Source: an uncultured Gammaproteobacteria bacterium (GTDB taxonomy: Bacteria; Patescibacteriota; Microgenomatia; Levybacterales; GWA1-39-11). Taken from it: a stretch of DNA of 56,326 nt. Location of the stretch: assembly GCA_964531275.1 (NCBI GenBank), contig CAZHDZ010000001.1:10556-66881 (forward strand), written 5' to 3'. The position numbers were made by a program, and so were the translations under genes. Below the pieces are notes generated by a model that was given only the letters and a program-made list of their open reading frames with translations, did not search any database and had not been told where the DNA came from. The number at the start of each line of letters is the position of its first letter. Position 1 is the first letter of the stretch. This document shows, one piece after another, positions 47,385-54,925 of this stretch.

Positions 47385-47462
47385 GGTGTGGTTATTTATG
47401 CCTCAATTTAGTAAAATAAAGAGCTTCAAAAAGTGAATCAAGTAAATAATTGAAGGTTTTGT

Positions 47463-47533
47463 TGTCGTGTCGTCTAATGGTAGGACACGTCCCTCTGGAG
47501 GATGGTATTGGGGTTCAAATCCCTGCACGACAG
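47463..47533 (+). tRNA. tRNA-Gln (anticodon CTG); CCA not encoded
   Basis: Manual cloverleaf. Acceptor tgtcgtg/cacgaca (U1-A72), D arm gtct/ggac, anticodon stem cgtcc/ggatg with loop cTCTGga (CTG at 47495-47497). T arm tgggg-ttcaaat-ccctg, discriminator G. Confidence 0.85.
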
Positions 47534-47550
47534 CAAAGCCCTCAATCGAT

Positions 47551-47636
47551 TCGTCTAATGTAAGCGCAACTCCTTCGGAGTCGGAGGACACGTCCCTCTG
47601 GAGGACGGTATTGGGGTTCAAATCCCTGATCACCAG
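47551..47636 (+). pseudogene. tRNA-Gln-like second copy with a ~23-nt hairpin insertion in the D-loop and a non-pairing acceptor stem
   Basis: 47584-47628 matches 47481-47525 with one substitution at the position of tRNA nt 47503. The insertion at 47561-47583 contains actcc-ttc-ggagt. The 3' strand atcacca has no complementary 5' strand. Confidence 0.6.
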
Positions 47637-47645
47637 CAAAGTTTT

Positions 47646-48392
47646 TTACAGAATGAATTTCTCTATTACATCAGCTGCTCCGTTATCTTCGACGGATGGT
47701 GCTATATAATCAGCAAGTTCTTTTAATTCCGGTGCTGCATTACCCATCGCAACTTTTAATCCACATGCAGAAAGGAGGGGGAAGTCGTTATAGCTGTCTC
47801 CTACACCAATTATTTCTGAAGGTTGAATATTAAGCAATTTTGCAACTTCAATTATGCCATGTTGTTTGGTTGCCTCAGGGTGAGTAGCCATTACCCAACT
47901 AGAATTCTTCTCGTAACCGGCAGCTAATCTGATATCAACATTAGATATTTTGGATAATTTTAGAGCAAACTGTTCTGCTTTACTTTGTCGGAGTGCTGTC
48001 GTGGAAAAAACTGCAAATGGTTTTGCGTATTCTAAGGAGTCATCGAATGGTATAAGCTCGCCATCACTATCTACAGTAATAACAGCACCATCTTCATGTG
48101 CAATCTTTTGGATTTCATTTATGGTATCAGCAGAAAGCACTCTCTCATAGTATGGTATATGAGACCTTGAGTTAATTACCTGCGCACCACCACTAACAAT
48201 TGATGGACTATTGAGAGGAACAGTTTTAAAAATGCTCTCAATCTCCCTCCTGCTTCTTGAAGTTGCTATTCCCACATGTATAATTTTTTCAGCTTTTGTT
48301 ATGGTATCAATTACTTTTTGAGTAACCTGCAAATCATCAGATATTGTAAGTGTTCTGTCAACATCAAAAATAATTGCTTTGTATTTTGTCAT
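47646..48392 (-). CDS. HAD-superfamily hydrolase, Cof-type (IIB)
   Basis: IIFDVDRTL and GDSYNDFPLL. Confidence 0.8.
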   Translation of the reverse strand: MTKYKAIIFDVDRTLTISDDLQVTQKVIDTITKAEKIIHVGIATSRSRREIESIFKTVPLNSPSIVSGGAQVINSRSHIPYYERVLSADTINEIQKIAHEDGAVITVDSDGELIPFDDSLEYAKPFAVFSTTALRQSKAEQFALKLSKISNVDIRLAAGYEKNSSWVMATHPEATKQHGIIEVAKLLNIQPSEIIGVGDSYNDFPLLSACGLKVAMGNAAPELKELADYIAPSVEDNGAADVIEKFIL

Positions 48393-48399
48393 TGGCTAA

Positions 48400-48408
48400 A
48401 TTATACCA
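48400..48408 (-). promoter_or_regulatory. Extended -10 TGgTATAAT (minus strand), 7 nt upstream of ATG 48392
   Basis: Reverse complement of 48393-48408 reads tggtataatttagcca, followed by atg. Confidence 0.5.
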
Positions 48409-48457
48409 ATCAAAAGTTCGAAAATCGTCCAACATTTTCAGCAATGTTTCTGATTTT

Positions 48458-48466
48458 TGATATACT
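48458..48466 (+). promoter_or_regulatory. Extended -10 TGaTATACT, exactly 6 nt upstream of ATG 48473
   Basis: Read directly; no SD. Confidence 0.55.
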
Positions 48467-48472
48467 CACTTC

Positions 48473-49096
48473 ATGAAGTTGTTTCTTGCATCAGAAGCAA
48501 AAAATCCTCAGACAATTAAAAAACTGGATTCATATGTTGGCGGACTACGAGATAAGAGAATTGCATATATTCCGACCGCTGCGAATGGAGAGGCTTGGGG
48601 ATCTTGGAGGGATGGAGGCTCTTGGAATTTAGCCCAAACTCTAAATGCCCAAATAACATTACTTCAATTAGAGGACTCTTCACTCGAAGTAACCAGAGAG
48701 AAACTTCAACATCAAGACATTATTTGGGTGGCGGGTGGCCTTTGTGGTTACTTAATGTATTGGATGAGGAGAAGGAAGATGGATGTTGTGTTGCCTCAAA
48801 TTTTAGATGGCGGGACTTTATATGTTGGCTCTAGTGCAGGAAGTATGGTAACGTCAAAAACCCTGGACATCTCAGAATGGTATCCATCAGATCAAGAGTA
48901 CGGTGCACATTTTATTCCTGGGCTAGGGTTAGTGGATTTTGATATATACCCACATTTTGAAGAAGGACAACAGGAAGATATAAAAAGTTGGTATAGGGGT
49001 AAGAAATTGTATATGTTAAAAAATGGGGAAGAAATCATTGTTGAAGATAAAAAAGTCATTGTTGTCGGAGAAGAAAGATTACTTGTGAACGGCTGA
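48473..49096 (+). CDS. Peptidase S51 (dipeptidase E-like) family protein
   Basis: IAYIPTAANGE... and GSSAGSMV (nucleophile Ser context). Confidence 0.65.
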   Translation: MKLFLASEAKNPQTIKKLDSYVGGLRDKRIAYIPTAANGEAWGSWRDGGSWNLAQTLNAQITLLQLEDSSLEVTREKLQHQDIIWVAGGLCGYLMYWMRRRKMDVVLPQILDGGTLYVGSSAGSMVTSKTLDISEWYPSDQEYGAHFIPGLGLVDFDIYPHFEEGQQEDIKSWYRGKKLYMLKNGEEIIVEDKKVIVVGEERLLVNG

Positions 49097-49257
49097 AAGT
49101 GCTTTCTTTTTGCGTAAGGAATAAGAACATATTTTTGTATTAAAATTTGAAAGACATAAGTGCCTTCTTTCTTCCTCGAAATAAGAACTCTCATTGAATA
49201 TGAAGTTTGCTAAAGGAATTATGTTAAGAGTACTAAATCATGTAAAATACCGATATC

Positions 49258-49458
49258 ATGAATCAACATGTTAGTAATTGTGTTCAGGATTATCGCAACA
49301 AGAACAAGGTTACCCAGGAGGAACTTGGGAGAGCTGTAGGTGTTACTCGCCAGACTATTATTGCAATAGAAAAAGGAAATTATACTCCGTCAGTACTGCT
49401 TGCTCTAAAAATTGCAAAGTATTTTAATACTACAGTTGAGAAATTGTTTGTGATGTAG
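49258..49458 (+). CDS. Small XRE-family HTH transcriptional regulator (66 aa)
   Basis: [40 protein letters not shown]. Confidence 0.8.
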   Translation: MNQHVSNCVQDYRNKNKVTQEELGRAVGVTRQTIIAIEKGNYTPSVLLALKIAKYFNTTVEKLFVM

Positions 49459-49490
49459 CAGCAAACATCCTATACAATATAGGAATAAAT

Positions 49491-49844
49491 ATGATTATCG
49501 AAACAATCAGTGCAACATTAATACTTGGAATAGTAATTCTATTCTTAAATCCAGGACATCTGGCGATGCCTGACACGATGGTGTCAATGTTGATTGTTGC
49601 ACTTATAATTTCGTATCTGACTTTCTCCGCATATCTCTTCCGGGAAAAGTCCTCAGATGAGAGAGAGGCAATGCATATATTGACTGCCGGAAGAATTTCA
49701 TATCTTGTTGGTGTCGGAGTTCTGATAATTGGAATTATTCTTCAAGCACTAAAGCATGAAATAGATCCGTGGCTTGTTATTGCACTTTGCGCGATGGTTT
49801 TTTCAAAGCTTCTCTCTCGAATCTACTCTCACTTCAAAATGTAA
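49491..49844 (+). CDS. Small 3-4 TM membrane protein partnered with the XRE regulator
   Basis: Hydrophobic; starts 32 nt after the regulator gene. Confidence 0.5.
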   Translation: MIIETISATLILGIVILFLNPGHLAMPDTMVSMLIVALIISYLTFSAYLFREKSSDEREAMHILTAGRISYLVGVGVLIIGIILQALKHEIDPWLVIALCAMVFSKLLSRIYSHFKM

Positions 49845-49887
49845 GTGAATCTTGCATTCTACAATGTAAGTGAATCTTGCATTCTAC
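49838..49887. repeat. Perfect 25-bp tandem duplication (49838-49862, 49863-49887). The first copy spans the stop codon of the upstream gene.
   Basis: aatgtaagtgaatcttgcattctac read twice; a partial third copy, aatgtaa, lies at 49895-49901. Confidence 0.95.
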
Positions 49888-49908
49888 TTTGTAAAATGTA
49901 AAGGATAC

Positions 49909-49937
49909 TTGACATTCATATCCTGATTTACTACGAT
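49909..49937 (+). promoter_or_regulatory. Promoter TTGACA-N17-TACGAT upstream of the thioredoxin-like gene. This gene has a classical SD (ggaggtg).
   Basis: Read directly. Confidence 0.5.
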
Positions 49938-49969
49938 GAATCTATAAAGATCGGAGGTGAATTAAATAG

Positions 49970-50530
49970 ATGAAAAATCCAATAATAATAGTTGCCATTA
50001 TTGTAGTTATAGCACTCGTTGGCTTAGGTGCATATGCTTTCTCTCAAAATTCTTCAAAGTCTCAATCGATGATGAAAGATGATGCAATGATGAAAGAAGA
50101 GACATCCATGGAGCCAAAAGATGCAATGATGAAAAAAGATGAAATGGCTATGGAAGGTGACAAGATGATGGATGATGGAAAAGACTCTTCTGCTAATAAA
50201 ATGGCGGATTCTCGATACATCCAGTACAGCAAGTCAGCTCTTGATAGCGCTTCAGACTCTCGTCGAGTGCTATTCTTCTATGCATCTTGGTGTCCGACAT
50301 GTAGACCTGCTGACCAAAACTTTACTCAGAATATAGATAAAATTCCTGAAGATGTAACGCTCATTCGGGTTAACTACAATGATCCAGACACAGATCAAGA
50401 AGAGAAAGATTTGGCGAAGAAATATACCGTCACATATCAGCATACATTTGTGCAGATTGATGGTACGGGAAAAGAAATAACGAAATGGAATGGAGGTCAA
50501 ATGGACGAACTGCTTTCTAATATTAAGTAA
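49970..50530 (+). CDS. Membrane-anchored thioredoxin-fold protein with a Met-rich N-terminal region
   Basis: N-terminal TM. 12 Met in about 50 residues (DAMMKEE / DAMMKKD repeat). WCPTC active site. Confidence 0.75.
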   Translation: MKNPIIIVAIIVVIALVGLGAYAFSQNSSKSQSMMKDDAMMKEETSMEPKDAMMKKDEMAMEGDKMMDDGKDSSANKMADSRYIQYSKSALDSASDSRRVLFFYASWCPTCRPADQNFTQNIDKIPEDVTLIRVNYNDPDTDQEEKDLAKKYTVTYQHTFVQIDGTGKEITKWNGGQMDELLSNIK

Positions 50531-50566
50531 GCGAAGCTTGTTATATCATAAGAGTAATCTGCGTTT

Positions 50567-50594
50567 CTGGTTTTTGATTTAATACAAAAACCAG
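50567..50594. terminator. Hairpin ctggttttt(g)-loop-(c)aaaaaccag between convergent genes, with no flanking U-run
   Basis: 9-10 bp stem read directly. Confidence 0.3.
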
Positions 50595-50671
50595 TATCAG
50601 AGATTATTTAAAGAATGATTTTACTTATCTTGCTTTAGCTGATTTGCCAGTCATTCAACCACCCCTATTTA

Positions 50672-50974
50672 TTAACTTCCAAGATTAGTAAAAATTCCTA
50701 CTGCAAGTTCTGCCCATATGTACATAAATCCTAAGAGAATTGTAATTCCTATTAGTATTCTTTTCTTTTTAGGAGCAACACGTGCAATTGCGATGAATAA
50801 GGATCCTGCGCCAAAAAGAAGAACTCCCATTATCAGAAAGTCAGAGAAACTCCATTCAACATCACTACTAAATTGCATAGCAGCAAGAGGAATTGTCAGG
50901 ATGAGTCCTGTAGCAAGGGCAAGCCATCCAAATACTTTATTTTGCATTATGATATCTGCTTTTTTTGTTTTCAT
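50672..50974 (-). CDS. Small 3-TM membrane protein, last gene of the DUF2975-HTH operon
   Basis: Hydrophobic; 4-nt overlap with the upstream HTH gene. Confidence 0.5.
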   Translation of the reverse strand: MKTKKADIIMQNKVFGWLALATGLILTIPLAAMQFSSDVEWSFSDFLIMGVLLFGAGSLFIAIARVAPKKKRILIGITILLGFMYIWAELAVGIFTNLGS

Positions 50975-51198
50975 ACTAATACCTCTTTTCTTATGTCATT
51001 TTGAAATTCAAGAATATCCCCGGGTTGGCAATCCAATGCTTTGCAGATTGCCTCTAGGGTTGAGAATCGAATAGCACGAGCCTTGCCATTTTTTAAGATA
51101 GAAAGGTTGGCCATAGTGATTCCTACTTTTTCTGTTAGTTCTGTGACGCTCATTTTTCTTTTTGCCAGCATCACATCAATGTTAATTATTATTCCCAT
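50971..51198 (-). CDS. Small HTH (XRE/HTH_26-like) transcriptional regulator
   Basis: MGIIINIDVMLAKRKMSVTELTEKVGITMANLSILKNGKARAIRFSTLEAICKALDCQPGDILEF. ATG 51198 is preferred over the ORF-track 51222. Confidence 0.75.
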   Translation of the reverse strand: MGIIINIDVMLAKRKMSVTELTEKVGITMANLSILKNGKARAIRFSTLEAICKALDCQPGDILEFQNDIRKEVLV

Positions 51199-51252
51199 AT
51201 TTTTCGTTAAGGAAAAATACAAGCTTTGCTTATATTATCCTGCCATTCTTTT

Positions 51253-51729
51253 TTATACGGTTAAATCATTCTCTGATTTGATGTCTACAGCATTTTGAAG
51301 AAGTCTTTGAAATACAGCAGCAGCTGTTGCTATGACAGAAGCAGCAAAAACTGCAAGAATTCCAAGCATGGTAGGTCCTGCAGGATCATCACCCTGTGCG
51401 AAGAAGCGGATGAAAATCATTGCCAATGCAATAAAGCCAATAAGACTTAGAGCGGCAAGCTTCATATTCTTAAGCTTATTTACAGCGCTTTGAGAAAAGG
51501 CTTTATTCGCATCAATTAAATTAAGTAACTTAAATGCCTGATAGAGTCCAACAAAAAATGGAATAGATGCTACATAGCTATAGATGATAAGTGGATCAGA
51601 ATAAATTCCGAGTAGATCAAGATTTGCAGCTCTCCCTTCGGTAGAAGGGAGCCAAATTAAGCCAACGGCTGCGCCGACAGCGATAAGGATTAATACAAAT
51701 TTTAAGAATAAAGTCGATTTAACTTTCAT
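51253..51729 (-). CDS. DUF2975-like 4-TM membrane protein
   Basis: Topology plus the ANKAFSQSAVNKLKNMKLAAL segment; typical partner of HTH_26 regulators. Confidence 0.45.
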   Translation of the reverse strand: MKVKSTLFLKFVLILIAVGAAVGLIWLPSTEGRAANLDLLGIYSDPLIIYSYVASIPFFVGLYQAFKLLNLIDANKAFSQSAVNKLKNMKLAALSLIGFIALAMIFIRFFAQGDDPAGPTMLGILAVFAASVIATAAAVFQRLLQNAVDIKSENDLTV

Positions 51730-51811
51730 AACTTAAATACATTATAACTATCCATTTATCGTTTGTCAATATATTATTATTGCTTAATGATATATATCTG
51801 GTATCCTATAA

Positions 51812-51840
51812 TTGGTTTTCACCTCAAGTTGTTATATAAT
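51812..51840 (+). promoter_or_regulatory. Promoter TTGGTT-N17-TATAAT, exactly 6 nt upstream of ATG 51847 (predicted leaderless)
   Basis: Read directly. Confidence 0.55.
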
Positions 51841-51846
51841 TTCCAA

Positions 51847-52542
51847 ATGTCTTTATCAGAAGTATCTATACCAGCTGAGGGTGGGCAAGAATGGTCGATG
51901 GAAAGTGCTATCGAAAGAATTGCTAATCTGCAAGGTAAAAAAGTTGATTTGGCAGGGGTCGGCATAACTCCTCACCACTTACATTTCGGTGACTTTGGTG
52001 ATTTAAGTCAGCGACCAATAGAACTAAGACCGCATATTGAAAAAGCACTTTTTGATAGCCAAGCTGCTGATGCCAAATTAGCATTAGCTGAGGAATACGA
52101 TCGATATATAGACTCACTTGGTGTGCCTGGTCAGTCAATGGTTAGGGGTATGAGAGCGAATTATGCCGAAGACATTTATCCCGATGCAGGTTTGGGAAAC
52201 TTGGAAGCCATAGCCAAGAATTTCAGAATGGCAGATTTTCTAATTCAATTTCAAATGAGGGAAGATGTAAAGGCTTTGATACCCAACTACTATCATCCAA
52301 CAACACCTGGGTTCTTTATAAACGGTACAAGAGTGGAGGGGGAAGGTTCTTTTTTGATTGACCTCGAAACTTCAAATGGCAGTATCAGAACTCATGAGGA
52401 ACTTCGAGAGTTTGTTTATACCTGTATTCCTTGGCATCGTGATTACGAAAGCTTAGGAATCTCAAATAAAATTGATGCATACTATTTGCCACAAGAGCAC
52501 CGCGCGGTAGTCAGCGCACTAGAGGCTTCTGTAATTGTATAA
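51847..52542 (+). CDS. Orphan soluble protein A (231 aa)
   Basis: MSLSEVSIPAEGGQEW... The ORF-track TTG 51763 start would add a hydrophobic, AT-driven extension that overlaps the promoter. Confidence 0.5.
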   Translation: MSLSEVSIPAEGGQEWSMESAIERIANLQGKKVDLAGVGITPHHLHFGDFGDLSQRPIELRPHIEKALFDSQAADAKLALAEEYDRYIDSLGVPGQSMVRGMRANYAEDIYPDAGLGNLEAIAKNFRMADFLIQFQMREDVKALIPNYYHPTTPGFFINGTRVEGEGSFLIDLETSNGSIRTHEELREFVYTCIPWHRDYESLGISNKIDAYYLPQEHRAVVSALEASVIV

Positions 52543-52549
52543 TTATTCC

Positions 52550-53416
52550 ATGGATCACCCGGAGGTTTCTATAGGCATGCCCAATGTTGATTCTGGAATG
52601 CAAATTCCATTAGAGCTTGCGGCTCACGTAACACCCACAAAAATTGCTGAGAACTTTTCAAACTACCCGGAAATGCAACAGATTCTTTCTCCGGAGCAAC
52701 AAAGAAGAGTAGGCTTAATTAAAGGAACTCTTTCTCAAATTCCTCTAATTCATGGTACTGGACATGATCTAGACGGTTTAGACATTTTGCCAATTGGTGA
52801 CTTGCCGGAAGGACACAGGGGGAGAACTCACGGGCTAGATAGAAGTTTAGGATTGCACAAATACACTTTTTTTAATTGGGGACTCCCGGAAAAAACAAGT
52901 GGAAGTACTATCATGTTAGTAAATCCCGAAATATTAAATAGTCCAAACACACTAGTTACAGGGTTTGATATTGGTGAGATACGAATGGTAGATGACACTC
53001 CGTATGATGATGTGAAGGATGATGTTAAAGAGTCATATCAAAGAGAATATTTTGACAAGGTGGTAACTGGCACACAGTGGGTTGAAATTGTTGCAAGAAG
53101 AGTACTTGCTGACGTTGAAGCAGGAAAGCCTTTTTATTCGTTGTGGAGTAAGGGAGCACTTGGTGAGATCAAGCATTTAGGGAAAGTAGATAAGGGTGCA
53201 ATTTTAGGGAAAATAACTGCAGATGATTTTAAGTCTTATTATAAATTCCTGTATGAGCATGGTTTTTCTTTTTCAAACATTGAGCATTATCGAGAGTTAG
53301 AAAAGAGAACGGGTGTTTGGCAGGGTGTAGATCCAACGCCAGAAGAATGTGGCATTGACTACGACGATGCAGCAAAGTATTGGCAAAGATTATTTGCGCA
53401 AGAATCCCTTTCTTGA
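52550..53416 (+). CDS. Orphan soluble protein B (288 aa)
   Basis: ATG 52550 lies 7 nt after the stop of protein A. No recognisable family. Confidence 0.5.
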   Translation: MDHPEVSIGMPNVDSGMQIPLELAAHVTPTKIAENFSNYPEMQQILSPEQQRRVGLIKGTLSQIPLIHGTGHDLDGLDILPIGDLPEGHRGRTHGLDRSLGLHKYTFFNWGLPEKTSGSTIMLVNPEILNSPNTLVTGFDIGEIRMVDDTPYDDVKDDVKESYQREYFDKVVTGTQWVEIVARRVLADVEAGKPFYSLWSKGALGEIKHLGKVDKGAILGKITADDFKSYYKFLYEHGFSFSNIEHYRELEKRTGVWQGVDPTPEECGIDYDDAAKYWQRLFAQESLS

Positions 53417-53452
53417 TTTATACTTAATTCATGAGTTGGCAGCGTCCTCTTC

Positions 53453-54037
53453 TTAGTAACACTTCATAAATGCAGGAAGGTGCTTTTGCTCAGAAGCATT
53501 CATGAGATTAGTGTATACCTGTGTGATGTCAGGATAGCCTGTTACTAGTGGTAGCAGCTTTTCTTTATACAATGCAACATTTTCTATCTCTGCAGAAACC
53601 CCAGTTGCGCAGGCACTTTTTATACTTTCAGGTGCAACAATTTTTCCAGCGTAGGGATTTTCAGGGATCTGAATCCCGTACTTCTCAAATAGTCCCTGTA
53701 GTGATGTGATGTGTTGTTGTTCAGCGCGAGCGATCATTATAAAAGGGCGGATGTTGCCGTGCTTTTCCATAACGGCTTGATACGTTGCATAAGCCTTATA
53801 TTCATCATCCAAACCTTTTAGAAGAGTGTCTTTGATGTTTTGTGGAAGTTCTTGAATCGGAAAATTTAACTCATCGATAAGACAATCGTCGCCAATACAA
53901 TTTTTTCTTGAAATCTCTTCAGCTGGTGTAGGTCTGGTTATAGTTGCCTTTTCTTTTTGGCTAGGATTGCTTATAAAATAACCAATTATTATTCCTGTAG
54001 TTATAAATAGTAATGCTAGAATCAATATTTTTTTCAT
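53453..54037 (-). CDS. DUF2202 (ferritin-like) protein with an N-terminal signal/anchor
   Basis: DDEYKAYATYQAVMEKHGNIRPFIMIARAEQQHITSL. Confidence 0.6.
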   Translation of the reverse strand: MKKILILALLFITTGIIIGYFISNPSQKEKATITRPTPAEEISRKNCIGDDCLIDELNFPIQELPQNIKDTLLKGLDDEYKAYATYQAVMEKHGNIRPFIMIARAEQQHITSLQGLFEKYGIQIPENPYAGKIVAPESIKSACATGVSAEIENVALYKEKLLPLVTGYPDITQVYTNLMNASEQKHLPAFMKCY

Positions 54038-54042
54038 AATTT

Positions 54043-54381
54043 TTATACAAGCGGGTACTTCATTCTCCAGGCAAGTAATCCGTTTGCGATATTTACAGCA
54101 TTTGAATATCCCATCTTGCTCAGTTGATCAACCGCTATAGCACTTCTTGATCCGCTTAGGCAATATACATACAGCCGCGCGTTTTTATCTTTAAGGTAAT
54201 CTTGTGCATTTTGGATTTGATCAAGTGGAATGTTGATACTGTTCTCAATTTTTCCACGGGAAATTTCTTGTGGCATTCTCACATCAACTATAGTTATTTT
54301 TTCTTTTCTATTGACAAGATCCATTAGCTCATCAGCAGAAATAGTTGGTACGTTTTTATTGAATCCAAACATATTAATCAA
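54043..54381 (-). CDS. Single-domain rhodanese (sulfurtransferase)
   Basis: Active-site loop YVYCLSGSRSAIA. Confidence 0.8.
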   Translation of the reverse strand: MINMFGFNKNVPTISADELMDLVNRKEKITIVDVRMPQEISRGKIENSINIPLDQIQNAQDYLKDKNARLYVYCLSGSRSAIAVDQLSKMGYSNAVNIANGLLAWRMKYPLV

Positions 54382-54637
54382 GTTCTAGAATATCTGATAA
54401 TTTTTTCTGATCATATCCTATTACGAATTCTGATTTGTCATCTTGATAAGTAATCTCAGTTACTGGTACCCCCATTTGTCCTGTCTTCTCAACCATTCTT
54501 TGCCCTTCATACGGATTCATATCTACCATTATTACTTTATGTGATATCTGTTTTTTGTCCAGCCATTCTTTTTCCATTTTGCAGTATGGACAAGTAAAAG
54601 TTGCATATAATTTTATTTCTTTAACCCTTTGATTCAT
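54374..54637 (-). CDS. Glutaredoxin/NrdH-like thiol-disulfide oxidoreductase
   Basis: CPYC motif (TCPYCKMEKEWL), 87 aa. Confidence 0.75.
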   Translation of the reverse strand: MNQRVKEIKLYATFTCPYCKMEKEWLDKKQISHKVIMVDMNPYEGQRMVEKTGQMGVPVTEITYQDDKSEFVIGYDQKKLSDILELD

Positions 54638-54896
54638 AGTTCTCGATAAATGATAGAAGATTGGAGCTTATGATAGCTACTTTTTTACTTGCGAGAGAGT
54701 AGAACATTTCTTTTCCTTCCTTTCTAGCACTAACAAGTTGGGCAGATCTTAGCTTTTCTAAGTGTTGTGAGACTGCAGATTGGGAAAGTCCGCAATTGCC
54801 GATAAGTTGGCTAACATTTTTCTCGCTTTCTGACAAACAAACAAGTAGTTTGAGTCGTGTATGGTTGGCGAGTGATGAAAGAATGTTTTGTTCCAC
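54621..54896 (-). CDS. ArsR/SmtB-family transcriptional regulator (GTG start)
   Basis: LANHTRLKLLVCLSESEKNVSQLIGNCGLSQSAVSQHLEKLRSAQLV. Confidence 0.85.
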   Translation of the reverse strand: MEQNILSSLANHTRLKLLVCLSESEKNVSQLIGNCGLSQSAVSQHLEKLRSAQLVSARKEGKEMFYSLASKKVAIISSNLLSFIENYESKG

Positions 54897-54901
54897 AATT
54901 T

Positions 54902-54925
54902 ATATATTAGCATACTCTAATATAT
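54902..54925. promoter_or_regulatory. Perfect 9-6-9 inverted repeat, atatattag-catact-ctaatatat; candidate ArsR operator
   Basis: Read directly. It lies between and over the -35 and -10 of the arsR promoter. Confidence 0.55.

Noticed and set aside
47463-47640. Integrated mobile element or genomic island at the tRNA-Gln locus
   Set aside because: The two tRNA-derived copies are only 17 nt apart with nothing between them. No integrase, excisionase or phage-like genes lie nearby, so no island is present at this site now.
47403-47709. ORFs 47403-47639 (-) and 47467-47709 (+)
   Set aside because: They overlap the tRNA-Gln and its degenerate copy. These are frames opened by structured-RNA sequence, not genes.
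49124-49187. Direct repeat aataagaac (49124-49132 and 49179-49187) and a gaaag..ctttc mini-hairpin after the S51 peptidase gene
   Set aside because: A 9-nt match is expected by chance in AT-rich DNA. The hairpin has a 2-nt loop and cannot form.
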